Shown: piece by piece, positions 38,167-51,394 of the stretch
How positions within the stretch are numbered: position 1 is the stretch's first letter
How the letters are laid out: each line of letters starts with the position of its first letter
Assembly (NCBI GenBank): GCA_963736455.1
Contig: CAVTON010000001.1
Coordinates: 2,070,513 to 2,134,512 of the forward strand
DNA length: 64,000 bases
Reading direction: 5' to 3'
Origin: an uncultured Acidobacteriota bacterium
GTDB lineage: Bacteria; Acidobacteriota; Thermoanaerobaculia; UBA5066; Gp7-AA6
The notes under the pieces: generated by a model
The model's database searches: none
What the model was told of the DNA's origin: nothing
What the model saw: only the letters and a program-made list of their open reading frames with translations
Program-made: the position numbers and the translations under genes

Positions 38167-39729
38167 CTACGGGCCGGTCTCCCGGCGCCGGTATTCCTCC
38201 AGGCTCTTGCGGTCGCTCACGTCGCGGCAGACCGCGAGGGCCGCGAGGATCCTGCCGAAGTCGTCGAAGAGGGGCACGAGCACCGTGTCGCAGACGCCGG
38301 GAGCCCCGTCCTTGCGCACGAAACGCGTCTCTCCCGCCCAGCGCCCGTCCCGGCGCATCGTGGCGAGCAGATCCATCGCCGTCGCCGCCTCGTCTTTCGG
38401 GCGCAGGGGGTCGGGCGTCCGGCCCTGCATCTCCGCCTTCGAGTAGCCGAACATCCGCTCGGCGCCCGGATTCCAGTCCACGATGCGCGCCTCGAGGTCG
38501 AGCGTCAGCACGGCGTCGCTGATGTGGTCGAAGGCCCGCGCGTGGCGCCGGATCGTGTCCTCCATCAGGCGGATCCGGGTCACGTCGTGGAAGCTCCACA
38601 CGCGCCCGACGGTCTTTCCCCCGACCTTCTGGGGCGCCGAGTAGCGCTCGAACATCCGCCCGTCCTTGAAGTCGAGCCAGTCGTAGCTGCGCGCTTCCGG
38701 CTCGGCGTAGAGCTCCTGGACCTTACGGACGAAGCGCTCGGGATCGCGAAGCTGATCGAGGACGAAGGCGAGGGCCCGCTTGTCGTCGCGCGACTCCATG
38801 ATCTCCGTCGGGAGCCGCCACATCTCGGCGAACTTTCGGTTGTAGCTGACGATCGCTCCCTCGTTGTCCACGACGAGCACGCCGTCGGCGGTCGACTCCA
38901 GGGTCGCCTTCAGCAGCGACAGCGTCTGTTCGACGCCCTCCTCGGCCTGGCGCCGCTCGGTGACGTCGCGGAAGCTCCACACGCGTCCGACGGTCTTTCC
39001 GTCCACCACCTGCGGGAGGGAGTCCCTCTCGATGAGCCGGCCATCCTTCAGCTCGATGACGTCATGGCTGCCCGATGCCGGCTGCGCGTAGACCGACATC
39101 ACCTTCTTGACGAAGGACGCCGGGTCGGCGAGCTTGTCGAGCACCGAGGCCAGCGCCTGGGTCTCGTCGCGAGTCTGCGCGACCGCCTCCGGAATGCCCC
39201 ACAGATCCACGAAGCGCCGATTGAAGTTGACCATCCGGCCCGCGGCGTCGACGACCAGGATCGCATCGGCGGTCGAATCGATCGTGGCGTTCAAGAGCGC
39301 GATCGAGCGCCGCAGGTCGGCCTCGGCCCTCTCGCGCTCGGTGACGTCGAAAGCGACGCCGACCACGCCCCGGATCGTCCCGTCCGCGTCGCGGAGGGGC
39401 TCGACGTGCGACTGGAAGCTGCGCCCCTGCCAGGACGTCGCATAGGTCATGGATTCGCCTTCGAGCGCACGGCGGTGCGCCGCGATCGGGCCGAACCCGG
39501 GGTCGGTGGTCTTGAAGTACTCGAAGAGGTCGACGCCGAGCAGGTGCCGGTCCTCCTCGGCCAGGAGCTTTCGCCCGGCTCCCGCGGCCTCGGTGAACCG
39601 CAGGTCCGTGTCCACCGTCCAGAAGATCGCCGGCATCTGCGAGAGCACCATGCGCAGCGCGAGCTTCGTTTCGCGGAGCGCCTCTTCGGCCCCCTCGTCC
39701 GTGCAGGGCTTCGCGTCTTCCGGGCTCAA
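38167..39729 (-). CDS. multi-PAS domain sensor protein (no recognisable output domain)
   Basis: Four tandem repeats, each about 120 aa, of the PAS pattern (...DGRxxxxN..F..L.G......G.......VDGKTVGRVWSF.DVTER...E). Confidence 0.7.
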   Translation of the reverse strand: MSPEDAKPCTDEGAEEALRETKLALRMVLSQMPAIFWTVDTDLRFTEAAGAGRKLLAEEDRHLLGVDLFEYFKTTDPGFGPIAAHRRALEGESMTYATSWQGRSFQSHVEPLRDADGTIRGVVGVAFDVTERERAEADLRRSIALLNATIDSTADAILVVDAAGRMVNFNRRFVDLWGIPEAVAQTRDETQALASVLDKLADPASFVKKVMSVYAQPASGSHDVIELKDGRLIERDSLPQVVDGKTVGRVWSFRDVTERRQAEEGVEQTLSLLKATLESTADGVLVVDNEGAIVSYNRKFAEMWRLPTEIMESRDDKRALAFVLDQLRDPERFVRKVQELYAEPEARSYDWLDFKDGRMFERYSAPQKVGGKTVGRVWSFHDVTRIRLMEDTIRRHARAFDHISDAVLTLDLEARIVDWNPGAERMFGYSKAEMQGRTPDPLRPKDEAATAMDLLATMRRDGRWAGETRFVRKDGAPGVCDTVLVPLFDDFGRILAALAVCRDVSDRKSLEEYRRRETGP

Positions 39730-39748
39730 GGTCGTACGAGCTTATCGC

Positions 39749-41677
39749 TCATGGCTTCTTCGACGCGCCGGCCACCGGGCCGCCGATCGCCGAAAGGAGA
39801 TCCGGCCGGGACCCGACCCGCTCGAGGTGCGGATAGCGCTCTCCGCCGTGGTAGTCGACCTTCACGGTCTGGAACATCTCGACGTTCTCGACCAAAAGCT
39901 CGATCGGCGCGGGGTCGTTCTTCGCCGTCTTGAGCGCGTCGCGCAGGACCTTCTCCGAGTACTTCCGTCCATTGACCGCCACCAGCCGCATGCCCGGCCC
40001 CACGCCGGCAGCGGCGGCCGGCAGGCCCGGCACGACGTCGCGGATCGTTCCCTCCTCGGCGCCGTCCTCGCCGTCCTCGCCCTGCACCATGATTCCGAGC
40101 GAAAACCAGAAGTCGTAGACCTTGGACTCCTCTTCGCCCGCCCTCGTCAGCTCGGGCATGACGTCGGTGTAGACCAGCTTCCAGCCTCCGTTCTCGATGC
40201 CGCCGAGCGGCGCTCGCGGCGCGACGTCGCGGATGCGCGCCTGGAAGAATCCGGCCCAGTCGTAGGGGACGACCGCATTCAGCGACGCAACGACGTCGTC
40301 GAACGTGTACGGCTTGACGGCGGGAGCGCCGCCCGGCGCGCCGTGGAAGGCCTTCGCGAAATCGTCGAGCGACTTCCTGCCTCCCGATTTCTGGCGGATG
40401 ATCGTGTCGGCCTCGAGCCAGATCAGCTCGCTCTCCGGGTAGTAGTCCACCCCGCGACGCCAGTCGGCCCAGTCGGGCCGCGCCCAATAGAGAAGCTGCG
40501 CCGCCGTGGCCGTGTCCTCGAGCGGGCGCCAGGAGCGGCCCGCCTGCGCGTCCATCTGCGCCGCGTACAGAGCGAGGTTCTCGCGGTAGAGCTCCGGCGA
40601 TCGCAGGCCGCTCCGGGCGCCGAGGACGTCGCCCCAGTACTCGGTGAGCCCCTCGTACACCCACAGCAGGCGGCTGTCGACCGGCGCCTGGTAGTCCTCC
40701 GACACTCCCGAGACCAGGCCCGCCGGCCGCCGGTACTTGCCGTTCCAGGAGTGGACGTACTCGTGCGAAAGCAGAGTGCCGAGCACTTCCTTGGCACTCT
40801 CGTCGATGAGCGAGCGCTCGGCGCCGCGGTTGTCGCTCGCCTCATGGTGCTCGAGGCCGTTCGACGGGAGGTGGTCCGAGAGCGAGAGCAGGAAGTGGTA
40901 GTCGCGATAGTGCCGCGCGCCGAAGAGGGCTCCGGCCTCGGCGACGAGGCGCTGGTAGTGCGCGACGTCCCCGGGAGAGATCGCCACCGCGGCCGCGCTG
41001 TCGCCGGCGATGTGAAGCCAGTGGCCGGGCGTCTGGCCCGGCGTGAGGTCCACCGTCTTCATGTGCGCTCCGGCGAGGACTGGCGCGTCGATCAGCATCA
41101 CGAGCGAAACGGGCTCGAAGGTGATCGTGTCGCCGGATTCGCCGGCGACGGGCAGCGCCGTGCCGTACTTCCAGCCGGCTGGCAGTCGCAGCGACGGGTC
41201 GAAGGTCGTCGCGTTGTCTCCCGGTCCCTGCGGATAGAGGAGCAGCGGCCACCAGTTGACGACCGCGATCTCGGCCGTCGCCGACGTCCAGGACTGGAGC
41301 GGCGCGACGTAGTCGAACGCGACCTCGAGAGGCTCGCCGCCGTCCGGCACGTCGCAGGTGAAGCTGTACATCTCCGTAGGCACCCGCTTCCACGACACGG
41401 CGCGGCCGCCCTTCGTGATCTTCAGGCCGACCAGGTCGGTGATCGGACCCGTCGGGCCGTGCTCGCCGGGAATCCACTTCGGGTAGACGAGCGTCAGGGA
41501 CCCCGGCGTCGCCGGGATCGCCTCGGCGACGTGGAAGATGCGCCGCGGCGCCTCGCGCGCATCCACGGCCAACCGGATCGGACCCGGCGCGGCGCCGCGC
41601 GCAATTCCCGCCGCCAGGACGAGGCCGAGTGCCGCGATGACCCGAACCCGACTCCGACACGCTCGAATCCCTCTCAC
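39749..41677 (-). CDS. M61 family metallopeptidase with C-terminal PDZ domain
   Basis: Signal peptide. HEYVHSWNGK zinc motif. C-terminal PDZ-like GMRLVAVNGRKYS. Confidence 0.7.
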   Translation of the reverse strand: MRGIRACRSRVRVIAALGLVLAAGIARGAAPGPIRLAVDAREAPRRIFHVAEAIPATPGSLTLVYPKWIPGEHGPTGPITDLVGLKITKGGRAVSWKRVPTEMYSFTCDVPDGGEPLEVAFDYVAPLQSWTSATAEIAVVNWWPLLLYPQGPGDNATTFDPSLRLPAGWKYGTALPVAGESGDTITFEPVSLVMLIDAPVLAGAHMKTVDLTPGQTPGHWLHIAGDSAAAVAISPGDVAHYQRLVAEAGALFGARHYRDYHFLLSLSDHLPSNGLEHHEASDNRGAERSLIDESAKEVLGTLLSHEYVHSWNGKYRRPAGLVSGVSEDYQAPVDSRLLWVYEGLTEYWGDVLGARSGLRSPELYRENLALYAAQMDAQAGRSWRPLEDTATAAQLLYWARPDWADWRRGVDYYPESELIWLEADTIIRQKSGGRKSLDDFAKAFHGAPGGAPAVKPYTFDDVVASLNAVVPYDWAGFFQARIRDVAPRAPLGGIENGGWKLVYTDVMPELTRAGEEESKVYDFWFSLGIMVQGEDGEDGAEEGTIRDVVPGLPAAAAGVGPGMRLVAVNGRKYSEKVLRDALKTAKNDPAPIELLVENVEMFQTVKVDYHGGERYPHLERVGSRPDLLSAIGGPVAGASKKP

Positions 41678-41759
41678 GAATCCTCCCGCCGGCCCGGGGC
41701 CGGACTGTTTATCGCCGCAGATCTTCTCGAGAGCTGGTACGAGGCCAAGGAGAGTCGGC

Positions 41760-42896
41760 CTAGTCTTTCTTCGGGGCCGCCGCGGCGGCGAGTTGCTCGC
41801 GGATCGGCTTCGACAGCGGAATCAGGCCGCTCCCTTTCTGCTGAGAAGCCCTGTCATATGCCTCGAAGTAGGCGCGCGGGCCTCCGGCGAGCGCGGCGCG
41901 ATAGGCATCGATTCCGAGAGCCTGGACGATCCCGTCCCCCAGAAACGCGCCGGCGGGCCCGGCGACCGTCGAGGTGAACTCGGGCTTCTGGATGTCGGCC
42001 ACGACGGCCATGCGCGCATCGAGATCGCCTCCGGCCGTGAGAAGGCGATCCGCGTAGCGGTTCAGCTCGTCGATGTTCTCGCGCATGGGTTGCCTGAGCC
42101 AGACGGAGAGCGGAAAAAAGTTCTCGTCGACGCTGTAGATCGCGACGGGCCCGGCCTCGGCGACCCGCCGCATCAGCGGCTCGAGAGCGCCGAGCGACGC
42201 GTCCCGGTGCTGCCAGGCTTCGCTCTCCGCCCGGTACTGCGCCCAGGCGCGCTGGTAGGCCTCTCCCGCCATGAGGCGCGAGAGGCGCTTGACCTGGTCC
42301 GCCGCGGACGAACCCTGGGTGTCCGAGAGCACGCGGGCGAGGTCGATGACGACGGTCCAATTCGCGCCATCGGGCGACGGAACGGCCAGGTGGTCCGCGC
42401 GGCTCGGCAGCCCGAACGTCAGGAGAATCGGCGTGCGGACCGCCACGACGGGTTGTCCGGGCAGCAGCGCACGGGCGCGATCCGAGGCCTGGCGCGTGAG
42501 CTCGTCGGCGTGCCCGGCGATCATCGCCACCAGGTCCTTCCATTTCGCGCGATCCTCGCGGATCTGTCGGAAATCGAAGAGCGTAATCCGCGACGTCTCG
42601 TCGAACGCCGCGGCGAGATCGTGCTCGAAGACCTCAGCAGGATGCCGGGAGTCCCGGATCTCCGCCTGGATCGCGGGAAGGGCCTCCAGCGCCTTCGCCG
42701 CGTCGGCGTCGAACCGCGGAGCCGACAGAAGGTCGAGGATCCCCCGCGCGGCGGCCGCATCGAGGGTCACGGCGACGGTGTCTTTTCCGGCCGGCGGCGT
42801 GTCGTACGGCGCTCCGGCCGGGGCGCCCGGAGCCGCCGCCCCCACCGTGGCGGCGCCCGCGGCGAGAAACGCGGCGGCGAGAACCGCGTTCCTCAT
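41760..42896 (-). CDS. hypothetical secreted protein
   Basis: The ATG at 42896 gives MRNAVLAAAFLAAGAATVGAAAP as a signal peptide. No catalytic motif recognised. Confidence 0.45.
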   Translation of the reverse strand: MRNAVLAAAFLAAGAATVGAAAPGAPAGAPYDTPPAGKDTVAVTLDAAAARGILDLLSAPRFDADAAKALEALPAIQAEIRDSRHPAEVFEHDLAAAFDETSRITLFDFRQIREDRAKWKDLVAMIAGHADELTRQASDRARALLPGQPVVAVRTPILLTFGLPSRADHLAVPSPDGANWTVVIDLARVLSDTQGSSAADQVKRLSRLMAGEAYQRAWAQYRAESEAWQHRDASLGALEPLMRRVAEAGPVAIYSVDENFFPLSVWLRQPMRENIDELNRYADRLLTAGGDLDARMAVVADIQKPEFTSTVAGPAGAFLGDGIVQALGIDAYRAALAGGPRAYFEAYDRASQQKGSGLIPLSKPIREQLAAAAAPKKD

Positions 42897-43609
42897 TCCA
42901 CGATCGCCGCGAACGCGCGGTCCGTGTCGGTGAAGGCCTCGAACAGCGCGTCGGGCCGCTCGGCCGCGAGCCGCTCCGGGCTCGTGATCCCGGTCGCGAC
43001 CGCGACCGACCGGACCCCGAGGGCGCGTCCGCACGCGACGTCGTGAATCGAGTCTCCGACGACGACGACCGACTTGCCCTCGAATCGGCGCCCCGTCTGC
43101 GCGAGCGCCCGCTCGACCGCGATGGGAGGCAGCTGATAGCGGTCGGCGGAGTCGCTCCCGAAGGCGCCGAAGGGAAAGTAGCGGTTGAAGTCGGGCGGCG
43201 CGAGTTTCAGCCGGGCACCCCGTTCGAGGTTGCCGGTGAGAAGGCCCAGCGTGACCCGCGGATCGGCCGCGAGCCGCTCGAGAAGAGGAACGATCCCGGG
43301 CTTCGGCACGACCGTGCCGGGAACGATCTGCCGCTCGAGCTCCTCGAGGTACAGCTCGAGGGCGCGCGCGAGCCCCTGCTCGAACCGGTCGCGCCCGATG
43401 CTCTCGAGAACGAGCTCACGAACGATCTGCGGGTCGGTCTTTCCCGAAAAGTCGAACTTGCCCCGGTCCTCGTGATCCGGCGTGTAGGCCCAGTCGAAGG
43501 AGGTCTTCAGCGAGCGCAGGATCGCGTCGCGCGCGACGCGTCCGGCCGACAGAAGCGTGCCGTCGATGTCGAAGAGGACCAGGCGATGCCCGTTGGACGT
43601 TTCCGCCAT
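42893..43609 (-). CDS. HAD family hydrolase
   Basis: LVLFDIDGTLL motif I, ...GLLTGN..., VVVGDSIHDVACG motif III. Confidence 0.7.
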   Translation of the reverse strand: MAETSNGHRLVLFDIDGTLLSAGRVARDAILRSLKTSFDWAYTPDHEDRGKFDFSGKTDPQIVRELVLESIGRDRFEQGLARALELYLEELERQIVPGTVVPKPGIVPLLERLAADPRVTLGLLTGNLERGARLKLAPPDFNRYFPFGAFGSDSADRYQLPPIAVERALAQTGRRFEGKSVVVVGDSIHDVACGRALGVRSVAVATGITSPERLAAERPDALFEAFTDTDRAFAAIVE

Positions 43610-43618
43610 CAGCGAGGA

Positions 43619-44578
43619 TCATAATTCCCTTCGGGGCCGGCCCTCGCCGCGCTTCCCTTCGGCGCTCGGCCCGGGCGCCGGCGCGGCGTTCTCCCGCCGC
43701 GCTGCTTGAAAGCGGGCGCCGTGCCAGGCCAGGATCTCCGGGATCGCGCGCTTCCAGTACGTCCAGTCGTGGCCGCCGGGCTCGAGGACGACCGTCGTCG
43801 GGATGCCGCGCTCGTTCAGGAGCATCCCGTATTGGGCGGCGACGTGATCGAGGCCGTAGACGTCCTGCATTCCGGCCCGCAGCTCGACCTCGAAGGGCGG
43901 CGCGTCGAAGCACAGCCCCCACAGAAGGAGCCACGCGTCGTTGGCCTCGAGCGAGTTGTCGTCCCTCGACTGTCCGAAGACGCGCTTGAGCGTGTAGCGG
44001 GCGACGAAGCTGTAGCGCGGAAGCTCGTCCCATCCGAACGGGATGATCGCTCCGGAGAGCGCCGAGACCGACCCGTAGAAACGAGGATGCTTCAACGCCG
44101 TCTTGACGGCGCCGTATCCGCCCATCGAGATCCCCGTGATGCCGCGCGCGCGCGGGCCCGGAAGGACGCGGTAGCGCGCCTCGATCGTCCTCGGGAGATC
44201 TCCGACGAGATATTCCTCGAAGCGGCGGCGGCCGTCGTGCGAGTCCGAGAACCACGTCCCCGGTCCGTCGGGCGCGACGATCAGGAACTCGGGCAGGCTC
44301 CCCTCCCGCATTCGGCGGATGGCTTCGGCGGCGATCCCGTGGCGCTCGAGCGTCCGGCCGTCGCCATAGCCGTCGTGAAGGAAGTAGAGGACCGGGTACC
44401 GGCGCTCCGGCGACGACTCGTACGACGGCGGCGTGACGACCAGGACCTCGTTTTCCGAGGGCAGAGTCGGCGTCGAGACTCGTTCGATCCGCACGTTCTC
44501 GACGGGCGCCGACGCGCAGCCTCCCGGCAGCGCGGCGAGAAGACCGACGGCCAGCACCCGCGTCGCCGCACGCCTCAT
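43619..44578 (-). CDS. secreted alpha/beta-hydrolase esterase (esterase D/enterochelin esterase-like)
   Basis: Lipoprotein-like signal. YPVLYFLHDG and GISMGGYGA nucleophile elbow. Confidence 0.65.
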   Translation of the reverse strand: MRRAATRVLAVGLLAALPGGCASAPVENVRIERVSTPTLPSENEVLVVTPPSYESSPERRYPVLYFLHDGYGDGRTLERHGIAAEAIRRMREGSLPEFLIVAPDGPGTWFSDSHDGRRRFEEYLVGDLPRTIEARYRVLPGPRARGITGISMGGYGAVKTALKHPRFYGSVSALSGAIIPFGWDELPRYSFVARYTLKRVFGQSRDDNSLEANDAWLLLWGLCFDAPPFEVELRAGMQDVYGLDHVAAQYGMLLNERGIPTTVVLEPGGHDWTYWKRAIPEILAWHGARFQAARRENAAPAPGPSAEGKRGEGRPRREL

Positions 44579-44644
44579 CGCCGCGATGATATCCGCCGTC
44601 TCCGCACTGCGAGACCGCGGGCGCCGGCCTTACACTGTCGGAAG

Positions 44645-45124
44645 ATGCCCGAGTTCAGCCGGATGCCCCGCGACCTCGAGGCGGCGCTATCCGGCGATGG
44701 ATTCCGCCGGCGCCGGCGGCTCGTCGTGCCGTTTCTGACCGCCGACCCCGAGGGATTTCCGCGCGTCGCCCTCCTGACGCTCGGCGACCTGCGCGCCGCG
44801 TCGGCCTCCCGGCTGGCGGTGGCCGTGATGGCGAACAGCCGGACGGCATTCAACCTGGTCCGCAGAGAGACCGCCACGATCCTCTACCTCCAGCGTCGGA
44901 TCACGGCGTCGATCCAGGCCCGCGCCGGTCGCGGCCGCGTCTCGAGCACCGATCCCGCACGGCGGCTCTTTCCCCTGACCGTCGAGCGCGTCCGGATCGA
45001 CCGGCCGGCCGGGTCAGAGGGCGACGTCTCGCTCCTGACCGGCCCCCGCTTCACCGGTCCGGATGCGGATCATCTCTTCTCCAATGAGCTCTTCGACGAG
45101 CTCGGAAAGGTGTCGCGCGCGTGA
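44645..45124 (+). CDS. hypothetical protein
   Basis: An ATG-initiated 159-aa ORF. Its stop overlaps the downstream GTG start as GTGA. Confidence 0.3.
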   Translation: MPEFSRMPRDLEAALSGDGFRRRRRLVVPFLTADPEGFPRVALLTLGDLRAASASRLAVAVMANSRTAFNLVRRETATILYLQRRITASIQARAGRGRVSSTDPARRLFPLTVERVRIDRPAGSEGDVSLLTGPRFTGPDADHLFSNELFDELGKVSRA

Positions 45125-45852
45125 GATTCCAGGATCGGACGGTGCTCGTGACCGGCGCCGGGCGGGGCATCGGCCGCTCGATCGCCCTGCGCTTCGCGGA
45201 GGAGGGCGCCCGGGTCGCCCTGGTCGCCCGGACGGAATCGCAGCTCGAGGAAACCGCCCGCCTCGTCGATGCGGCGGGAGGCCGGAGTCTCGTCCTCGCC
45301 GTCGACATCACCGAGCCCGGCGTCGCCGAGCGATGCGTCGGCCGGACCGGACGCGAGCTCGGGCCCGTCGACGTGCTCGTCAACAACGCGGGCATCTTTC
45401 TTTGGCGGCCGTTCCTCACGCTGGCGCCCGAGGACTGGGATCGCGTCATCGCGACCAACCTGACCGCCGCGGCGGCATTCTGCCGGGCGGTCCTGCCCGG
45501 AATGGTCGAGCGGCGCCGCGGCCGGATCGTCAACGTCGCTTCGATCCATGGGATGCGCGGAGACGCCAACGTCGCGGCCCAGAGCGCGGCCAAGTTCGGA
45601 CTGATCGGGCTGACCCAGAGCCTCGCCCGCGAATTTCGCTCGCACAACGTCGCCGTCAACGCCGTCAGTCCCGGCACCGTCGAGAACAAGAAGGACGAGG
45701 GCGACGCCCTTCACGCCGAGCCGCTCGCCGAGAAGCTCTGGCCGAAGGACGTCGCCCGCGCCGTGCTGTTTCTCGCCTCCGACGACGCCGCCGGAATCAC
45801 CGGCGCCGTCCTCGAGGTCCTCGGCGGAACGCACCTGGTCATCGCGCCGTAG
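45121..45852 (+). CDS. SDR family oxidoreductase (3-oxoacyl-ACP reductase-like)
   Basis: VTGAGRGIGRSIA, NNAG, SIHGMRG...AAKFG catalytic region. Confidence 0.8.
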   Translation: MRFQDRTVLVTGAGRGIGRSIALRFAEEGARVALVARTESQLEETARLVDAAGGRSLVLAVDITEPGVAERCVGRTGRELGPVDVLVNNAGIFLWRPFLTLAPEDWDRVIATNLTAAAAFCRAVLPGMVERRRGRIVNVASIHGMRGDANVAAQSAAKFGLIGLTQSLAREFRSHNVAVNAVSPGTVENKKDEGDALHAEPLAEKLWPKDVARAVLFLASDDAAGITGAVLEVLGGTHLVIAP

Positions 45853-45861
45853 TGTTGGGGC

Positions 45862-45883
45862 GGGCGGCCGCAAGGGCCGCCCC
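45862..45883. terminator. GC hairpin GGGCGGCC-GCAAG-GGCCGCCC
   Basis: Exact reverse complement of the hairpin at 22278. Lies right after the SDR stop. Confidence 0.5.
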
Positions 45884-45986
45884 TACGGTCGACGAACGGA
45901 ACCACGCGCCCCGTCGCTCGTAATACTCTTTCAGCGGGCTCCCGCCCGGGGCCCCGGTTCGTTTGCTCGACGGAGGAGGTTTCGGG

Positions 45987-46748
45987 ATGCTCGCACGCAA
46001 GGCTTGCCTGGCCGTTCTGGCCCTATGCTCCACGCCCCTGATCGCCCAGACGAGCGGGGCCGCCCCGCCGACGGCCGAGCAGATCGTCGCGAATTACATC
46101 AAGACGATCGGCGGCATCGACAAGATCGAGGCGGTCACGACCCTCCGGCGGACCGGCAAGTTTCACGGCGGCGGGGGCTTCGAGGCCACCATCCTCGAGG
46201 AGAACAAGCGCCCGGATCTCGTGCGCCAGGAATTCACGTTCGGAGGGATGACGGGCGTGACGGCGTGGGACGGAAAGACCGGCTGGAAGATCGAGCCCTG
46301 GCAGGGCAAGAAGGACCCGGCGCCGCTCGGCGAAGAGGAGATGAAGGGGATCGTCGAGGATTCGGTCTTCGACGGACAGCTCGTCCATTACAAGGAGAAG
46401 GGCAACACGGTCGAGTACGCCGGCACCGAGCCGGTCGAGGGCACCGACACCTACAAGCTGAGGGTGACGTTGAAGAACGGCGACGTCGAGAACTACTTCA
46501 TGGACGAGGATTACTTCGTCCCGATCAAGATCGAGATCAAGCGCATGATCCGGGGCGCCGAGCAGGAGACCGAGATCTCCCTCGGCGACTACAAGGCGGT
46601 CAACGGCTGGTATCTGCCCCACGCGGTCGAGCAGGGACGCAAGGGCAGCCAGAACCGCGCGACGGTCGTGTACGACAAGATCGAGGCGAACACGCCGATG
46701 GACGACTCGATCTTCCGGATGCCGGCCGCGGCGCCGGCGGGCAAGTGA
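45987..46748 (+). CDS. LolA-like outer-membrane lipoprotein-sorting/DUF4292-type secreted protein
   Basis: Signal peptide MLARKACLAVLALCSTPLIAQ. A beta-rich roughly 250-aa protein with the IANYIKTIGG...TLRRTGK pattern. Confidence 0.45.
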   Translation: MLARKACLAVLALCSTPLIAQTSGAAPPTAEQIVANYIKTIGGIDKIEAVTTLRRTGKFHGGGGFEATILEENKRPDLVRQEFTFGGMTGVTAWDGKTGWKIEPWQGKKDPAPLGEEEMKGIVEDSVFDGQLVHYKEKGNTVEYAGTEPVEGTDTYKLRVTLKNGDVENYFMDEDYFVPIKIEIKRMIRGAEQETEISLGDYKAVNGWYLPHAVEQGRKGSQNRATVVYDKIEANTPMDDSIFRMPAAAPAGK

Positions 46749-46756
46749 GGGCGGCC

Positions 46757-49981
<3,225 letters not shown>

Positions 49982-49984
49982 GGG

Positions 49985-51009
49985 TTACGGACCGGCCGTA
50001 GCCCGCAGCGCCGTTCCCTTCGGCCCCACCGCCCAGCCGGCGCCGCCCGATGCGAATCCGGCGGCGTTCATGGGCTTGTCGCCGGTTTTCGTCCAGGTGC
50101 GGCCGGCATCGCGGCTGACGGCTTCGCCGGCGAGGCCGACGGCGACGAGCTCGTCCTTCTCGCCGGGGACGGGAACGACGGCGGAATAGAAGCCGGTGGC
50201 GGAGAGCGGCGCGGCGACCCAGGTCGCGCCGCCGTCCTCGGTCCGGATGCCGTTCAGCCCGGCGAAGGCGGGCACCTTGTAGTCGCCGCCGGCGGCAAAG
50301 CCCCGATTCGCGTCGAGAAAGACGACCGAGAACAAGCCCGACGAGGCGTTGCCGTTCGGCGCCGCCGTGCGGGCGACGGTCCAGGTCCGGCCGCGGTCGC
50401 GCGTGTGAAAGACGCGCGCGATCGAGGCTCCGCCGGTCACGAACCAGGCGTCGTTGCCGCCCTTCAGCGCGAACAGGCATGTCCCGCTCGCGGCAAAGGC
50501 GCCCTCGCCCTCGAGGGCAGGCGGCATTACCATGCCGGGCTCGTTGCCCCAGGTCGCGCCGCCGTCGTGGGTCGCGCGAACACGGAACTTTCCGTTGACG
50601 GGATCGCCCATCACGAGGCCGTCCTTCGCATCGAAAAACGCGATGGCGTCGTAGAAGCCGTCCTTGTCGGGGTTCGTATCGACGAGCGTCCAGCTCGCGC
50701 CGGCGCCTCCATTCGCCGAGCGGTAGATCCGTGCCGCGTCTCCGGTGCCCGCGCTCATGAGGACGACGACATCGGCGCCGAGCGCCTCGACGTCGCGAAA
50801 GTCGAGCGCTTCGCCTCCGGCGGGCGGCGCAAGCTTCTGCCAGTGCTCGCCGTCCTTCGTGCGCAGGATCGTTCCGCCGGAGCCGCTCGCCCAGGCGTGG
50901 GTCGCGTCGAGAACGGAGAGACCGCGCAGCTCGGACGAAGAGCCGGTCGTCTGCGGATGCCAGGAGGACGTCAGAGCCAGGATCAGAGCCAGGGTGAGAG
51001 GCATCTTCA
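49985..51009 (-). CDS. secreted Ycf48-like BNR-repeat protein
   Basis: Signal peptide MKMPLTLALILALTSS. Asp-box repeats (TKDGEHWQ, SANGGAGASWT, THDGGATWG, TRDRGRTWT, TEDGGATWV, SRDAGRTWT). Confidence 0.6.
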
Positions 51010-51366
51010 TTTCTCCCAGAAGAGGCGCACCGCCACGACCACGAGAAACCCGGCGAAGAGGCGGCGCAGCGTCAGATCCGAGACGGGCTGGACGAGCTTG
51101 GCGCCGATGAATGCGCCGAAGAACAGGCCGACCGCTATGAGCGCGGAGTAGCCGATGTTCAGCTGTCCGTTCTTCCAGTAGACCCACGCGGAGAGCGCGC
51201 CGACGGGAAGAAGCAGCGCGCCGAGAGACGTGCCCACCGCCGTGTGCTGCGAGAGGCCGAAGATCAGCACGAGGGCGGGAACGATGATGAGGCCTCCGCC
51301 GATGCCGAACATTCCGGCGGTGACGCCCGCGAGGCCGCCGATCAAGAGCAATCCTGCCGACTGCAT
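51007..51366 (-). CDS. TauE/SafE (DUF81) sulfite-exporter family half-size membrane protein
   Basis: A 119-aa four-TM protein with GMFGIGGGLIIVPALV and GTSLG motifs. This is only one of the two internal repeats of a full TauE. Confidence 0.5.
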   Translation of the reverse strand: MQSAGLLLIGGLAGVTAGMFGIGGGLIIVPALVLIFGLSQHTAVGTSLGALLLPVGALSAWVYWKNGQLNIGYSALIAVGLFFGAFIGAKLVQPVSDLTLRRLFAGFLVVVAVRLFWEK

Positions 51367-51394
51367 TCGCCCCCCTCTCGACTCTCCGCTATCC

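Noticed and set aside
46004-46756. N-terminal 250 aa of the 1325-aa ORF 46004-49981
   Set aside because: This stretch overlaps the LolA-like gene in another frame and is Arg-rich. The sortilin-like protein has a clean signal peptide starting at the ATG at 46757.
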